64,000 bases of DNA from an uncultured archaeon (GCA_963782915.1 CAWALK010000015.1:224001-288000); one strand, 5' to 3'; shown: positions 32,351 through 41,920, numbered from the stretch's first letter. A program made the numbers and translations. Notes: generated from the letters alone by a model not told the origin.

Positions 32351-32614
32351 TTGGTGGAAACTATAGGTAGAAGCTTTGATGATTCACGATATGGCATAAC
32401 AACGGTTCATCCTAACCGTGCAATCAAGAAATGCCGCATAAGGAACCTACTGATAGAATACATCCTAAGCGAACAGGCAATTATTCTAACGTTACCGAAA
32501 TCCTGCGGCAAATGCGAATGCATGGATGACTGCACGGATGACTTTATAATTCAAATTATTGAGAAAACCAGCGGAAGCAAAAACACCCCACAACCACACT
32601 ACACCCTACCCTAA
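32351..32614 (+). CDS. Small Cys-rich hypothetical protein
   Basis: CGKCECMDDC cluster. Confidence 0.45.
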   Translation: MVETIGRSFDDSRYGITTVHPNRAIKKCRIRNLLIEYILSEQAIILTLPKSCGKCECMDDCTDDFIIQIIEKTSGSKNTPQPHYTLP

Positions 32615-32653
32615 AAAATAAACAAAAAAGGAAAGTGGCAAAAGCCACGAGGT

Positions 32654-33307
32654 TTAAGCTTCTAAGCTAGCCCGTTTCTGAATCGGGGCATCTAAGCCGA
32701 TTTCGGGGAACTTGCTCTTTAATCGGCTCTCAGCAGCTACTTCGGCTTCCTCCAAAATCGCCATCGCCTCAGCATTCGCCACAATATTATTCGATGGACC
32801 ATCACTGCTTTGGGTAGTCGTGGTGCAAATGTCTGAGAGTAGGTTGCCGATGTTTCCAAGCTCTTGGCTGGCTTCTGGGAATATGCTGCACATTTCAGTG
32901 CGCACATTGTTTAGCATGCTCTTAGCCGGAGCTAAAACCGCAACCACATCACCCAACTCCGAAACCGTGCTAAGTCGCATGGAGACACTTTGTAATGCAA
33001 GGGAGGATTGCGAGAGCATTTTTTCGACTTTGCGGATTTCAGCCAATTCAGTGGCAAGGATGTTTGCGCGTGGCTCATCATGTTGCGCCATGGCTTTTAC
33101 GATGCGGCCAAAGATTTCTCTATCGCGGTTCTGGAAACGCCCAACTGCAGCGTCCAAAGTTTTTGTTTGTGTGTCAAGGCGTTGTGTAACTGTTGTGATT
33201 TGCTCTTTTAGGCTGACCGTTGGTTGACCAACATTTTTTATTTTGTTGACAAGAGACTGGTCGTTTGGCTCTTTGTCTTTCCATCTATCAGTGAAACCTC
33301 TAACCAA
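32654..33307 (-). CDS. Snf7/ESCRT-III (CdvB1/B2-like) protein
   Basis: RANILATELAEIRK, LALQSVSMRLSTVSELGDV, PEA..EL, AILEEA typical of archaeal CdvB paralogs. Confidence 0.85.
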   Translation of the reverse strand: MVRGFTDRWKDKEPNDQSLVNKIKNVGQPTVSLKEQITTVTQRLDTQTKTLDAAVGRFQNRDREIFGRIVKAMAQHDEPRANILATELAEIRKVEKMLSQSSLALQSVSMRLSTVSELGDVVAVLAPAKSMLNNVRTEMCSIFPEASQELGNIGNLLSDICTTTTQSSDGPSNNIVANAEAMAILEEAEVAAESRLKSKFPEIGLDAPIQKRASLEA

Positions 33308-33676
33308 TTAATATTCCCCAAGCCAACTTCGGCGCGGATAATAAAAGAGTGTTCGCTAAATTAAGTTAAAACCGAAGGGGTCTAAGGGGTCGCTTTTTAT
33401 ATTAATTGTTAAAGTTCCAAGCAAAACTGGAGAGAGTAAACGCTGTTTTATACATCAAACTATGGGAACGCCAGGGATAATTGTATTTATGCTCAACCCA
33501 AAAATCCACCAAAAAAATCCAAGCCACAGATTTTTCCCACATAAAAACATCATAGCTTCCAAACAAAAACCACACAATTAAACTCAAACATCAAGCGAAT
33601 ACACAAGCCTTGAATGAGATTAAACGACCGATAACTTAATTGCCACACAACCAAAATAAGTTAACGGCACACAAGC

Positions 33677-33925
33677 ATGGAAGACCATCCGCAAGACACA
33701 TTCATCAACAACCACGCCCTAATCCTAGGAATCATACTTTGGATCGCTGCAGTAATCTGCCTAATCGTCGGGTGCCTACTTTTCACAATCGACTTAAACG
33801 CCGCTTACTGGCAGGTACTCCAAAAAAGCAGCTACATTTCCTATGCGTTTCTTGGAATCCCCCTAATAATTCTAGGATTGATTCTTAGCGTTATCGTGGC
33901 CTTGCTATGGTACTACTCAGACTAA
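33677..33925 (+). CDS. Small two-TM membrane protein
   Basis: Two hydrophobic helices. Confidence 0.55.
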   Translation: MEDHPQDTFINNHALILGIILWIAAVICLIVGCLLFTIDLNAAYWQVLQKSSYISYAFLGIPLIILGLILSVIVALLWYYSD

Positions 33926-34369
33926 CATCCAGGCAGCCTTTGAAAATTAACGCAAATGTAGGAAACCCTCGACAGTCACGTTGCTTTATATGCACCTAAT
34001 AAACCCCTTGACTATGGAGAAAAATTGGGATCTGACAGTCAACTTCGGGGTGGCTATGGATCACCATTGTGACTAAAGAGGGAACGATTTGAAGGAAAAG
34101 AAAAACAGCAGTTTTCAATACATCTCTATTCTTAAAGTTCGAAAAGGTCGATTTATAGATGAATTTTTTATTGAAAACTCAGAGGATAAATTGGACATCT
34201 GCCTTGTTACCTGTTGGTGAAAATAGAAACACACCCTAACTCTAAGTAGTCTAACTAGCATAACTCAAAAGCTCTGGCGGGTCACCAAATAAAGTTTAAC
34301 CGCAGTGTCAACGCTGATGGCTTAGAAAATATTATAAATATCTTACACCGAATAGAATCGGGTGCAATA

Positions 34370-34774
34370 TTGTATCAAAAAATCCTAGTACCAATAGATG
34401 GCTCAGGGCATTCTAAGCGTGCCTTGCAAGAAGCCATCAAAATCGCTAAAATGACAAACGGCAGCATCACACTGCTTAATGTCAACAATCGATCAAAAAC
34501 ACTCTACGCCCCAAATCAACCAAACAATGAAGGCGCACAAAATAGTGTATTGATTGATGGGCAGAAGCTGGTTCAAGCTGACGGAATACCCGTCGATACA
34601 CGCTTCCTTGAAGGTAACGTCGTAGATCAGATAATAAAAACGGCTAAGGAAGAAAGCTTTGATTTAATCGTCATTGGCGCTAGAGGGTTAAGCAAGTTTG
34701 AAGAAATCTTGTTGGGTAGTGTTAGCCATGGCGTAGTTGAGGAGGCGCCATGCCCCGTAATAGTGACAAGATAA
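34370..34774 (+). CDS. Universal stress protein (UspA family)
   Basis: ILVPIDGS, DLIVIGARG, LLGSVS, APCPVIV. Confidence 0.92.
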   Translation: MYQKILVPIDGSGHSKRALQEAIKIAKMTNGSITLLNVNNRSKTLYAPNQPNNEGAQNSVLIDGQKLVQADGIPVDTRFLEGNVVDQIIKTAKEESFDLIVIGARGLSKFEEILLGSVSHGVVEEAPCPVIVTR

Positions 34775-34870
34775 ACTTGCTTATGGCCTGACTTTGTGGG
34801 TTCATTTTGAAATCACATCTATTTTTGTATAATCAAAACTAAGAGAGTATTGCTGAGGAAGTAGTTAGCA

Positions 34871-34975
34871 AGTGGGCTAATCTGCTGGTAGGTCATAAGG
34901 TACCCGTTTCTACCCCTCTCTCTTCCAATAATTTTTCTGCCTTCTGGCCCATTCCACTTGGCAGATTAGCTCACT
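34871..34975 (+). ncRNA. Putative structured RNA, CU-loop hairpin family copy H1
   Basis: AGUGGGCUAAUCUGCU/GGCAGAUUAGCUCACU outer stem, GGUCAUAAGGUA/UGCCUUCUGGCC inner stem, loop CCCCUCUCUCUUCC. Confidence 0.6.
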
Positions 34976-35077
34976 CTAAATTCTATGCTCCCTGACATAT
35001 ATGGGCAGTCGAGCTAGGTATTGTTAGTACTGCTGGAAATAAATAGCCAGTACAGCTTACCAATTGATTGATGATGG

Positions 35078-35272
35078 ATGTTCAAGAGACCAAAGGGTAG
35101 CTTCAAGAAGCGTTTGACAGTAATTATTTTGTATACTATTCTTGTAGCCACCATCATGTTTTTCGCCTTCAACGACGCTGTCAATCGAATAGAATTCGGC
35201 GTCGTTATGGGCGCTTTATTGCTACTGTATCCGGCAGTTACGTTGATCTTCCAACGCTTCAAGAGAGATTGA
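35078..35272 (+). CDS. Small two-TM membrane protein
   Basis: 64 aa, basic N-terminus and two hydrophobic helices. Confidence 0.5.
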   Translation: MFKRPKGSFKKRLTVIILYTILVATIMFFAFNDAVNRIEFGVVMGALLLLYPAVTLIFQRFKRD

Positions 35273-35381
35273 ACCAAGCAACTTAGAGATTGTTTGGGAA
35301 GCTGCACTTGTAGGCTCATTGATGTAACAACGCAGGCTTAACTATCATATTGTGGCTAATGCCCAATAAAGAGGATTAAAA

Positions 35382-35645
35382 ATGGTGTCAGCAGTTGTAT
35401 TATTAAATACCGATTTAGACGCACAGGACGAAGTAGTAGATAACCTTAGACTCATAGATGGGGTTGAAGAAGCACATGCATTATACGGCGTCTATGACTT
35501 GTTAGTTAAAGTAAAAGCGAAAAATATTGACGAACTGAAAACCGTAACTAAGTCACGAATAAAGCAGGTAGCGGGCGTTACCAGCTCATTGACACTGGTA
35601 CTACATGACGGCGACAAAGAAATGCCCCATATAGGCTCGCCATAG
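35382..35645 (+). CDS. Stand-alone Lrp/AsnC ligand-binding (RAM) domain protein
   Basis: GVEEAHALYGVYDLLVKV...GVTSSLTL. Confidence 0.88.
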   Translation: MVSAVVLLNTDLDAQDEVVDNLRLIDGVEEAHALYGVYDLLVKVKAKNIDELKTVTKSRIKQVAGVTSSLTLVLHDGDKEMPHIGSP

Positions 35646-35710
35646 ACCATCATACAAACGATTCCTTCTAAAAATCGAGATTGTTTTATCGCCTTTAAGG
35701 ATCAAATTAT

Positions 35711-36058
35711 TTAATGCCGTTGCCCGAAGTCTTCATGGCGCTCTTTTTCTGTCGCAGGTATAAATTTCTCCGATCGGCCAGTTTCAGTCCTATTTTCCAC
35801 AGGCCTGTTTGTTGGTCCGGCAAATTTTTCTTTATAGTTACCTTCCGCTCTTTGTATGTCTTCATCTAACCTTTTTAGTTCTATATCGACCTGCTCATTT
35901 ACCTGTATAGTAGTCCATCGATCCTCCACTCTATCTTCAACACGTTCGGCCACTTCTTCGGCGACTCGTTCTGGAAGGCCTGCAGCCTCTAAGTCTTTCT
36001 TGACATCTTTGCAATCAAACTTTGACTCATTACCGGAACTTGAAATTATTTTTACCGT
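35711..36058 (-). CDS. Stand-alone ATP-cone-like protein (apparent ACG start)
   Basis: In-frame upstream extension VKIISSSGNESKFDCKDVKKDLEAAG...AEEVAERVE; GGAGGTGA 6 nt before ACG. Confidence 0.6.
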   Translation of the reverse strand, partial: TVKIISSSGNESKFDCKDVKKDLEAAGLPERVAEEVAERVEDRVEDRWTTIQVNEQVDIELKRLDEDIQRAEGNYKEKFAGPTNRPVENRTETGRSEKFIPATEKERHEDFGQRH

Positions 36059-36407
36059 AAAAAATCACCTCCAAACGAGACAAAATAAAAAACGGTTGGG
36101 TTTACCAATGCCAACCGTGTTTTTCTTCTTTCTTGGTCTTAACAAAGATGCTTAGCCCAATCGCGGTAATTGCAGCGCCTATGCCTGCGATTGCTAGATA
36201 TTTCTTATAATGATACAAAACAATCACCAAAATAAAAGGCAAGAAAATATCTAATAAGCATGTGTTGTTCACATTCTGAAGCATCTTTTTAAAAAAAAAT
36301 AAGGCACAATGCCACCACTAAATCAAAAGGCTGGACAGCGAAATTCTAAGACAGAATTTTGGAAAAAAATCATATTTTAAAAATAGTTGTGATTGGAAGA
36401 GAGAGAG

Positions 36408-36476
36408 AAAGTTGACTTGAACGCAAACAAAAGGAAACAGGAAGAGAGAGGGTTTGTTTACATTCAAGCTAACTTT
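36408..36476 (-). ncRNA. Putative structured RNA, CU-loop hairpin family copy H2
   Basis: 24-bp stem with G-U pairs on the minus strand; loop CCCUCUCUCUUCC; second CUCUCUCUCUUCC just 3' of the stem. Confidence 0.6.
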
Positions 36477-36567
36477 TTCGCTTAGACACAGTATATTACC
36501 CTTGAATCTTAAATAACGATGTGACTGCATCGATGCAACAACTTTTTTGGGAAAAGGGAAAAAGTAG

Positions 36568-36654
36568 GTTAAGCTGGCTTAGCCGTGTACTAACGTCGAT
36601 AAGGCAGAAGAGAGGGGAACGCTTATCTTTTGTTAGCAGCCAAACCTGCTCAAC
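36568..36654 (-). ncRNA. Putative structured RNA, CU-loop hairpin family copy H3
   Basis: GUUGAGCAGGUUUGGC/GCUAAGCCAGCUUAAC outer stem, CUAAC/GUUAG and GAUAAG/CUUAUC inner stems, loop CCCCUCUCUUCU. Confidence 0.55.
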
Positions 36655-37036
36655 TTGGGGTTGCTCTTAACAAACGTGTTACCTTTGAATTGGATATAAG
36701 GCAATGTTGTTACAGGATGTAGCAACAACCGCTAAAAAATCGCAATATTTCCTTTGAGCGTTAGAGTTATAATTGATCTTCGTGGAAAGGTTCACAATTA
36801 TAGATATTACGAATCCCTTTCAAGTTTCGTTATGTTATTGTCCTTTGCAGTCACATTTTCTTTTATTTGTTGTGGGTTCGAGGCACATATTAGGGGGTTA
36901 GGTTTGGATTTCATGGGTTAGTGCCTGCTTCTTTGATTTGTTAATTAGTGAATGCTGTGAGTATTTAAGAGCTATCACTAATTTGTTTTCAGATACGATA
37001 CGATTATTAATTGTGCTGTCAATCATAGCCGTCACA

Positions 37037-37156
37037 ATGTCACATGAAATTTACATTTGCCCGATTTGTAACAAGGAGCTCAAAGACCCAAGACAGTTAA
37101 GGGAGCACCGAATGACTGAACATAAAGGGCAATCAAGAAACAAAGTGAACCTTTAG
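37037..37156 (+). CDS. C2H2 zinc-finger micro-protein
   Basis: MSHEIYICPICNKELKDPRQLREHRMTEH: Cx2C-x12-Hx4H. Confidence 0.75.
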   Translation: MSHEIYICPICNKELKDPRQLREHRMTEHKGQSRNKVNL

Positions 37157-37266
37157 TAATTGCAGAAACCCCTCTTTTTCCGATGTAACAGTTTGTTGCT
37201 ACATAATGTTACAACAATGCCTTTAGTATCAGCATGCTAACACTAACTTCTGTATGTGTCGAAAAC

Positions 37267-37362
37267 GTTAGGCTGATATGGCTGAAAAGAAAAGAAGACC
37301 CCCTCTCTCTTCCGTTTGCTTCTACCTCTTCTTTTCGATTCACAGGGCCAGGTCAGCTTAAC
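37267..37362 (+). ncRNA. Putative structured RNA, CU-loop hairpin family copy H4
   Basis: GUUAGGCUGAUAUGGCU/GGCCAGGUCAGCUUAAC, GAAAAGAA/UUCUUUUC, AGAAG/CUUCU; loop CCCCCUCUCUCUUCCG. Confidence 0.6.
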
Positions 37363-37438
37363 ACTAATTTTTGGTTGCTTCTTATAAAGCGGTAACTTAA
37401 TATTTTTTAATAAGAACTAAAATCACTGAATTACAGCT

Positions 37439-37603
37439 TTGGAGATTTCTCAAATTAATAGGCCAGTTACTAAGTATAATTGTTGTGATTGCGGAAAAAG
37501 CTTAACTGCTCGGGCTAAGACCCCTGAGTGGAGAAAGATTCCAGCCGACCAGAAAAGATGTAGAGGCTGTTCTTTAAGATATAGAGCTTTGATGAGAATT
37601 TAA
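37439..37603 (+). CDS. 54-aa zinc-ribbon micro-protein (not in ORF track)
   Basis: TTG start; MEISQINRPVTKYNCCDCGKSLTARAKTPEWRKIPADQKRCRGCSLRYRALMRI* with CxxC...CxxC. Confidence 0.55.
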   Translation: MEISQINRPVTKYNCCDCGKSLTARAKTPEWRKIPADQKRCRGCSLRYRALMRI

Positions 37604-37652
37604 ACACAAAAGCTTAAGCATGCAAGCAACCAATAGCAGTCGATGATTTACC

Positions 37653-38051
37653 ATGCAGTTTGAGGGTGAATATTTCGGGGGCAACTTCCAATTAAAAGTT
37701 GATAAATCACTTCAAAAAACAAACGTACTGCTAAAAGTTCAGGAACAACTAAGCGTTTTTCAATCTATTGGGCCTTTAACCCATAATTATCAGGAAAAAG
37801 CAGCCATATCTTTTGATTATGGGGATATTGTTAAGATTGAGAATTTGCCCAGTGAAAGAATTGGTGCTTTGCGTTCTATGGTTCTTCCGGCTCCGGTTGC
37901 TGTTATGTTGCGTAAGAAGGAGATGTTTTTGAATGTGACGTTTAAGGATGGGATTGGGATGGAGCAGAATATTGTGTTTAAGGTTAAGCAGGCTGATGAA
38001 TGTTATAAAGCGATTTATGATAGAATAGCTGAGATTAGAGGGAAGAAATAG
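37653..38051 (+). CDS. Hypothetical protein (possible PH-like fold)
   Basis: 132-aa ORF, beta-rich with a C-terminal helix. Confidence 0.55.
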   Translation: MQFEGEYFGGNFQLKVDKSLQKTNVLLKVQEQLSVFQSIGPLTHNYQEKAAISFDYGDIVKIENLPSERIGALRSMVLPAPVAVMLRKKEMFLNVTFKDGIGMEQNIVFKVKQADECYKAIYDRIAEIRGKK

Positions 38052-38091
38052 TTTTTAGTCTGGAATTTCTTTGTTTTTGCTAAAGCTTTCT

Positions 38092-38265
38092 TTACTTGGC
38101 AAGGTCTTCGTTCGAAACAAGAAATACGGAGTACTGTTTTGCGCCTGATTTGTCAGCTTTGTTTTGATGGCCGTTTATGCATCTCATTGCGTATCTTGTT
38201 TTGGTTGTATTTTCCCAAATCTGTTCTGTTGGTCCACCGCATACTTGGCATTTACAATCAGTCAT
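38092..38265 (-). CDS. 57-aa CxxC...CxxxH zinc-finger micro-protein, paralog of 1047-1223
   Basis: MTDCKCQVCGGPTEQIWENTTKTRYAMRCINGHQNKADKSGAKQYSVFLVSNEDLAK*; GGTGA SD. Confidence 0.8.
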   Translation of the reverse strand: MTDCKCQVCGGPTEQIWENTTKTRYAMRCINGHQNKADKSGAKQYSVFLVSNEDLAK

Positions 38266-38315
38266 ATAGTATTCACCAAAAATCTATTTCTTAATTATTT
38301 ATGCATCGTCTCGGT

Positions 38316-38498
38316 TTAAGGTTTCTCGCCTGCTTTCGCTAAGAATGCCTGGATTAGTTTTTCGTCGTCATTTACTTGTTTGATGTCGTGTTTTCGTACT
38401 CGGCAAAGTAGCGTTCTATAGCCTTCGAGTTTATCGCCTGTTTCGATGTAGCGTTGAAGGATTTGTCGTTCTGCAGGCGTTAGGATGTAGTCTCGCAT
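38316..38498 (-). CDS. Small putative DNA-binding/repressor protein
   Basis: MRDYILTPAERQIL... transcribed divergently from the gene string starting at 38650. Confidence 0.55.
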   Translation of the reverse strand: MRDYILTPAERQILQRYIETGDKLEGYRTLLCRVRKHDIKQVNDDEKLIQAFLAKAGEKP

Positions 38499-38569
38499 TA
38501 TAGATTTCTCTCTATTGTATCTGTGGTTGACTTGCTATTTAATGTTTCTTTTTATTGCTAGACTGTTAA

Positions 38570-38622
38570 GCTACAATCATAGTAACGCTTAATAGATAGT
38601 TGTGTGTTACAGTGATTGTAGC
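38570..38622. promoter_or_regulatory. Inverted-repeat operator candidate between divergent genes
   Basis: GCTACAATCA-t-a-GTAAC ... GTTAC-a-g-TGATTGTAGC. Confidence 0.5.
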
Positions 38623-38649
38623 AATAGATTGAAACAAACGGTGAAATAA

Positions 38650-38988
38650 ATGATAAGCGCACAAACAATAACTCAGGAAAAGTTTACTCCACCCTTCAAA
38701 CGCCTAAACCAAAAAGAAGTCTTAGAATGCTTAGAACACGGCTGGACAGGCAGAGCCACCTTCATAAAAGCAGCTGAAGCTCCAAAGGAATCGGGGAAAT
38801 ATGCGCGGATGGCTTACAGTATGGGCAATCACCGCTCGTTTGTTAGTGCAATGGTTTTCCCATCTGAAGGAAACACCTATCGAATGGTTGATTACAGCAT
38901 AGTTGCTGCACTTGAAAAGAAGGGTTTAGTGAAGGTTTCTTTTCTTTCGGATTGTGAAGCTGCATTTCAACTCGTCAAGGAGGATTAA
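38650..38988 (+). CDS. Element hypothetical protein
   Basis: GGTGA SD; first gene of a co-oriented string. Confidence 0.65.
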   Translation: MISAQTITQEKFTPPFKRLNQKEVLECLEHGWTGRATFIKAAEAPKESGKYARMAYSMGNHRSFVSAMVFPSEGNTYRMVDYSIVAALEKKGLVKVSFLSDCEAAFQLVKED

Positions 38989-38991
38989 ACA

Positions 38992-39417
38992 TTGAACTCT
39001 TTTACGCCTTCAGTCGTGGCCCCGCTTGAGTCCTGGGATGACACAAGCGACGTTATAGTGTTCCTGATTGAACAGAAAGAGGAACTTCACATCAACCAAT
39101 ACGCTGATTTAGTCCTCGAACACCTCCCCGAACAGTACCATGGCAGCCGACGATTCGTAACTCCCGAAAACCAATCCGCACAACTCGAAGGCTACATAGC
39201 AGGCAAAGGCAAAATCCGTTTGGAATTCACCGCTGAATACCGGGATGATATTGTCGATGCTGAAACAGGTAACCAGATAGAAGGTTATAATGTCACTGTA
39301 ACTCGCAAATTCGTTAACGATTGGCGGTCTAAGCCTGAACTGTTTGTTTCCTATGTCGTGGCGGGTTCAGATCGAAGCGATTTTGCAGTAATCAGCGAGG
39401 TTAAAGCGGAGGCTTAA
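38992..39417 (+). CDS. Element hypothetical protein
   Basis: GGAGG SD; tightly packed. Confidence 0.6.
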   Translation: MNSFTPSVVAPLESWDDTSDVIVFLIEQKEELHINQYADLVLEHLPEQYHGSRRFVTPENQSAQLEGYIAGKGKIRLEFTAEYRDDIVDAETGNQIEGYNVTVTRKFVNDWRSKPELFVSYVVAGSDRSDFAVISEVKAEA

Positions 39418-39421
39418 AAAT

Positions 39422-39718
39422 ATGGCGAAATATACAGAACAACAAATCAACGATATCCTAAACCTCACAGGATGGCTCAACTCTCGAATCGATTGCTTCA
39501 AACTCTATGCGGTCCTAACCATCGGCGTAACAAACAACACCCGAGGACCTGGCGACTCATGGGAAATCACACAGAAAACCTACTCGGAGAAAGCTTTAGA
39601 AATCAAACTTGAAGACTTCGCCGACTGCACAAGCAAGAATGCTGTTAAAAAACGGTTCAAACAAGTAATGCAGAAAGCCGTTTCAGCGGCAATGTTCCCA
39701 GGCAATAAAATTTTTTGA
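39422..39718 (+). CDS. Element hypothetical protein
   Basis: GGAGG SD; tightly packed. Confidence 0.6.
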   Translation: MAKYTEQQINDILNLTGWLNSRIDCFKLYAVLTIGVTNNTRGPGDSWEITQKTYSEKALEIKLEDFADCTSKNAVKKRFKQVMQKAVSAAMFPGNKIF

Positions 39719-39763
39719 ATTATCCATCAGGAATTTAACAATAATTAAAAATGGTGAAGTAGA

Positions 39764-40339
39764 ATGAGTGAAAAACAAACCAATCTAAAAAATAAAAACT
39801 CAGCCCTAATAGGCTATCTTGAATGTGAATTAAAAGAAAGTAAAAGCCTCGAGGAATTCAAGGTTAAGTTCGCAGAAATCAAAGCCATCACTGAAGCAAG
39901 CGCCATTGCTGAAACAATCACCGCATCAGACGAAAAAGCAACCGCTGAGAAAATCGACTGGGGCGAATATGACAGCATCCTATCACGGAATGTATGCGAG
40001 AAAACTATGCAGATCATGAATGAAGTTGAAGCATTAAGTGATTTCTGGCTTCAAATGATGAGTCGATTCGTCACCAAAGAAGGCTCTGAGGAGTGTGGAA
40101 GACCGTTACTGAATGATGAGAAAGTGGCTTTGCACAGTCTCTTAACTAAAAATCGAGCCGGTCCCATCGGAAGCAATAGTGAGATGTCAGCGCAGAAACT
40201 GTACAATGCTACCCGGCGAAAACTGGGCTTAAGCGAAGAAACCTATGAAGCCTTAGCGGAAGCTGCAGAGAAAACAGGTGTGACATCCGAAAAACTGCTC
40301 CATAGTATCATCTGTGAGCGATTTAATGTTGACACCTAA
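39764..40339 (+). CDS. Element hypothetical protein with C-terminal RHH-like segment
   Basis: LSEETYEALAEAAEKTGVTSEKLLHSII resembles a ribbon-helix-helix. Confidence 0.55.
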   Translation: MSEKQTNLKNKNSALIGYLECELKESKSLEEFKVKFAEIKAITEASAIAETITASDEKATAEKIDWGEYDSILSRNVCEKTMQIMNEVEALSDFWLQMMSRFVTKEGSEECGRPLLNDEKVALHSLLTKNRAGPIGSNSEMSAQKLYNATRRKLGLSEETYEALAEAAEKTGVTSEKLLHSIICERFNVDT

Positions 40340-40380
40340 AGCGGAGAAGTTCTTATAATATTTCCCCTCTCTTTCTAAAA

Positions 40381-40569
40381 GTGACCTATATGGAAAAAGA
40401 ATCAACTCCAAAAACTGAGCCCGATATACTCTTCTGTGGCCTTATCTTTCAAGCAAACGAGGAAACATACAAACGAATCAAAGAGTATATCCTCAAAGAA
40501 ACCAATGCGAAACTAATAATCCAGAAGAAAGGCACTGAATACTTAACGGTCACTAAAACAGACAAATAA
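40381..40569 (+). CDS. Small element protein
   Basis: GLIFQANEETYKRIK; similar to HGIIFRGTQMDYARLL near 49325-49475 (-). Confidence 0.5.
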   Translation: MTYMEKESTPKTEPDILFCGLIFQANEETYKRIKEYILKETNAKLIIQKKGTEYLTVTKTDK

Positions 40570-40581
40570 GTGAGAAAATAA

Positions 40582-41007
40582 CTATTCAGAATTATCGTCA
40601 GCCACCTTTGACTTTTCCAGATTGAACATGAAAGGCATAAAATGAGTATTAAACTCGCAATCAGGCGCTTTGCATCTGACTCTTGCGCCTTCCTTGTTAT
40701 CCCAATTATAAATCAATGCTTCGCGTCCATGCTTGGGGCAAATTGTTCTATTGATTATCCCCCGCCTACCAATATCCAGCTTACAAATAGCAATGCCATG
40801 TCTGAGTTTCCGTTTTCCATATTTGATGATAAGACGCTGTTTCTCGGCAGGTGAAGCCGAATAGTAAGATACTGCTTCTTTGAGTTCAAAAGCGGTTAAG
40901 CTCTGTGAGGGGCGTCCATGTGCTTTTTTGGGGATAGGAATCGATAGAATATTTGAACCCATCAATTGTTGATCGGATAGAAAACTCTGGAGAATTGTTT
41001 GCTGCAT
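40582..41007 (-). CDS. Element hypothetical protein with Zn-binding motif
   Basis: CPKH...CKAPDC. Confidence 0.55.
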   Translation of the reverse strand: MQQTILQSFLSDQQLMGSNILSIPIPKKAHGRPSQSLTAFELKEAVSYYSASPAEKQRLIIKYGKRKLRHGIAICKLDIGRRGIINRTICPKHGREALIYNWDNKEGARVRCKAPDCEFNTHFMPFMFNLEKSKVADDNSE

Positions 41008-41019
41008 GATATTTTGGGC

Positions 41020-41445
41020 TTAAACTAAACTCACAGGCCAACCATCCAGAGATCGCCGATGTTTCTTGATTTGTCGCTCGCACTGCTTTAGGTAATCGTA
41101 TTCTTTTCTGTTAACAGCTACTTCGCCTCGGGCGAGTAGTTTGAAGCCTAAACTTTTTGCTTGCAGTTCGAGAGTCTGCAGGGTGTCATCTTTAATTTCA
41201 GTTGGACTGTAGCCTTCTCTTATGCTCTGAGATTCGAGCCAAGATTCAACGTTTGGGTAATCTCGCAGTTCTTCAAAGGCTGATAATAGGTCCCCGGTGT
41301 CACCGTAGAATAGGTTATACTGTTTGATGGCGCTGCAGATTTCAAAAACATTAAATTTGGTGGTGGTTTTGTGCCATGTTCCTCTTGATTGGAGGTGTTG
41401 CTTGATTTTTTGGTATTCTGGGGGTAATCTAAAAGAATGCTTCAC
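41020..41445 (-). CDS. Element hypothetical protein
   Basis: 141-aa ORF in a co-oriented string. Confidence 0.5.
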   Translation of the reverse strand: MKHSFRLPPEYQKIKQHLQSRGTWHKTTTKFNVFEICSAIKQYNLFYGDTGDLLSAFEELRDYPNVESWLESQSIREGYSPTEIKDDTLQTLELQAKSLGFKLLARGEVAVNRKEYDYLKQCERQIKKHRRSLDGWPVSLV

Positions 41446-41475
41446 AGATGTTTAGGATAAAAAGAAAAAGATTGT

Positions 41476-41859
41476 TTAAGGTTCGAAACGCTTAACGTCT
41501 TCTGGCCTTAGGGGACCTTTGCATATTACGCAGCATTTCTCGAAAACAGAGTACCGTGCTTTGTTCCGCTCTGCAACATTGACATTTTGGCATTTCTTTC
41601 TTGCCTCAATTATGCTCTTCAATGTTCTGATTTCACGCTGTTTTGTCTTGATTGATGCTTCAACCTTTGATTTCTCAGCGGCATAATCGAACTCTTGTTT
41701 TTCAAGAAAACTTAGAACAAACGGGTCGGTGGGTACTGGTTGGAGGTTTACTTGATTGATTTCTCTTTTTAGGTTTTCGATTTTTAGTTCGGTTGATCTA
41801 ACAAACTTTTCGCATTCCCTATATTTTTCGGGGATTTCTTCGTCAAACACTCTGGTCAT
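41476..41859 (-). CDS. Coiled-coil + Cys protein, paralog of 42428-42892
   Basis: ELKIENLK...FDYAAEK...CVIC. Confidence 0.6.
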   Translation of the reverse strand: MTRVFDEEIPEKYRECEKFVRSTELKIENLKREINQVNLQPVPTDPFVLSFLEKQEFDYAAEKSKVEASIKTKQREIRTLKSIIEARKKCQNVNVAERNKARYSVFEKCCVICKGPLRPEDVKRFEP

Positions 41860-41920
41860 AGTTGTTTCCTCTAACTGTTTTGGTGTTTTCCATTAAACCG
41901 AAATTTTCAAGTGACAATAT

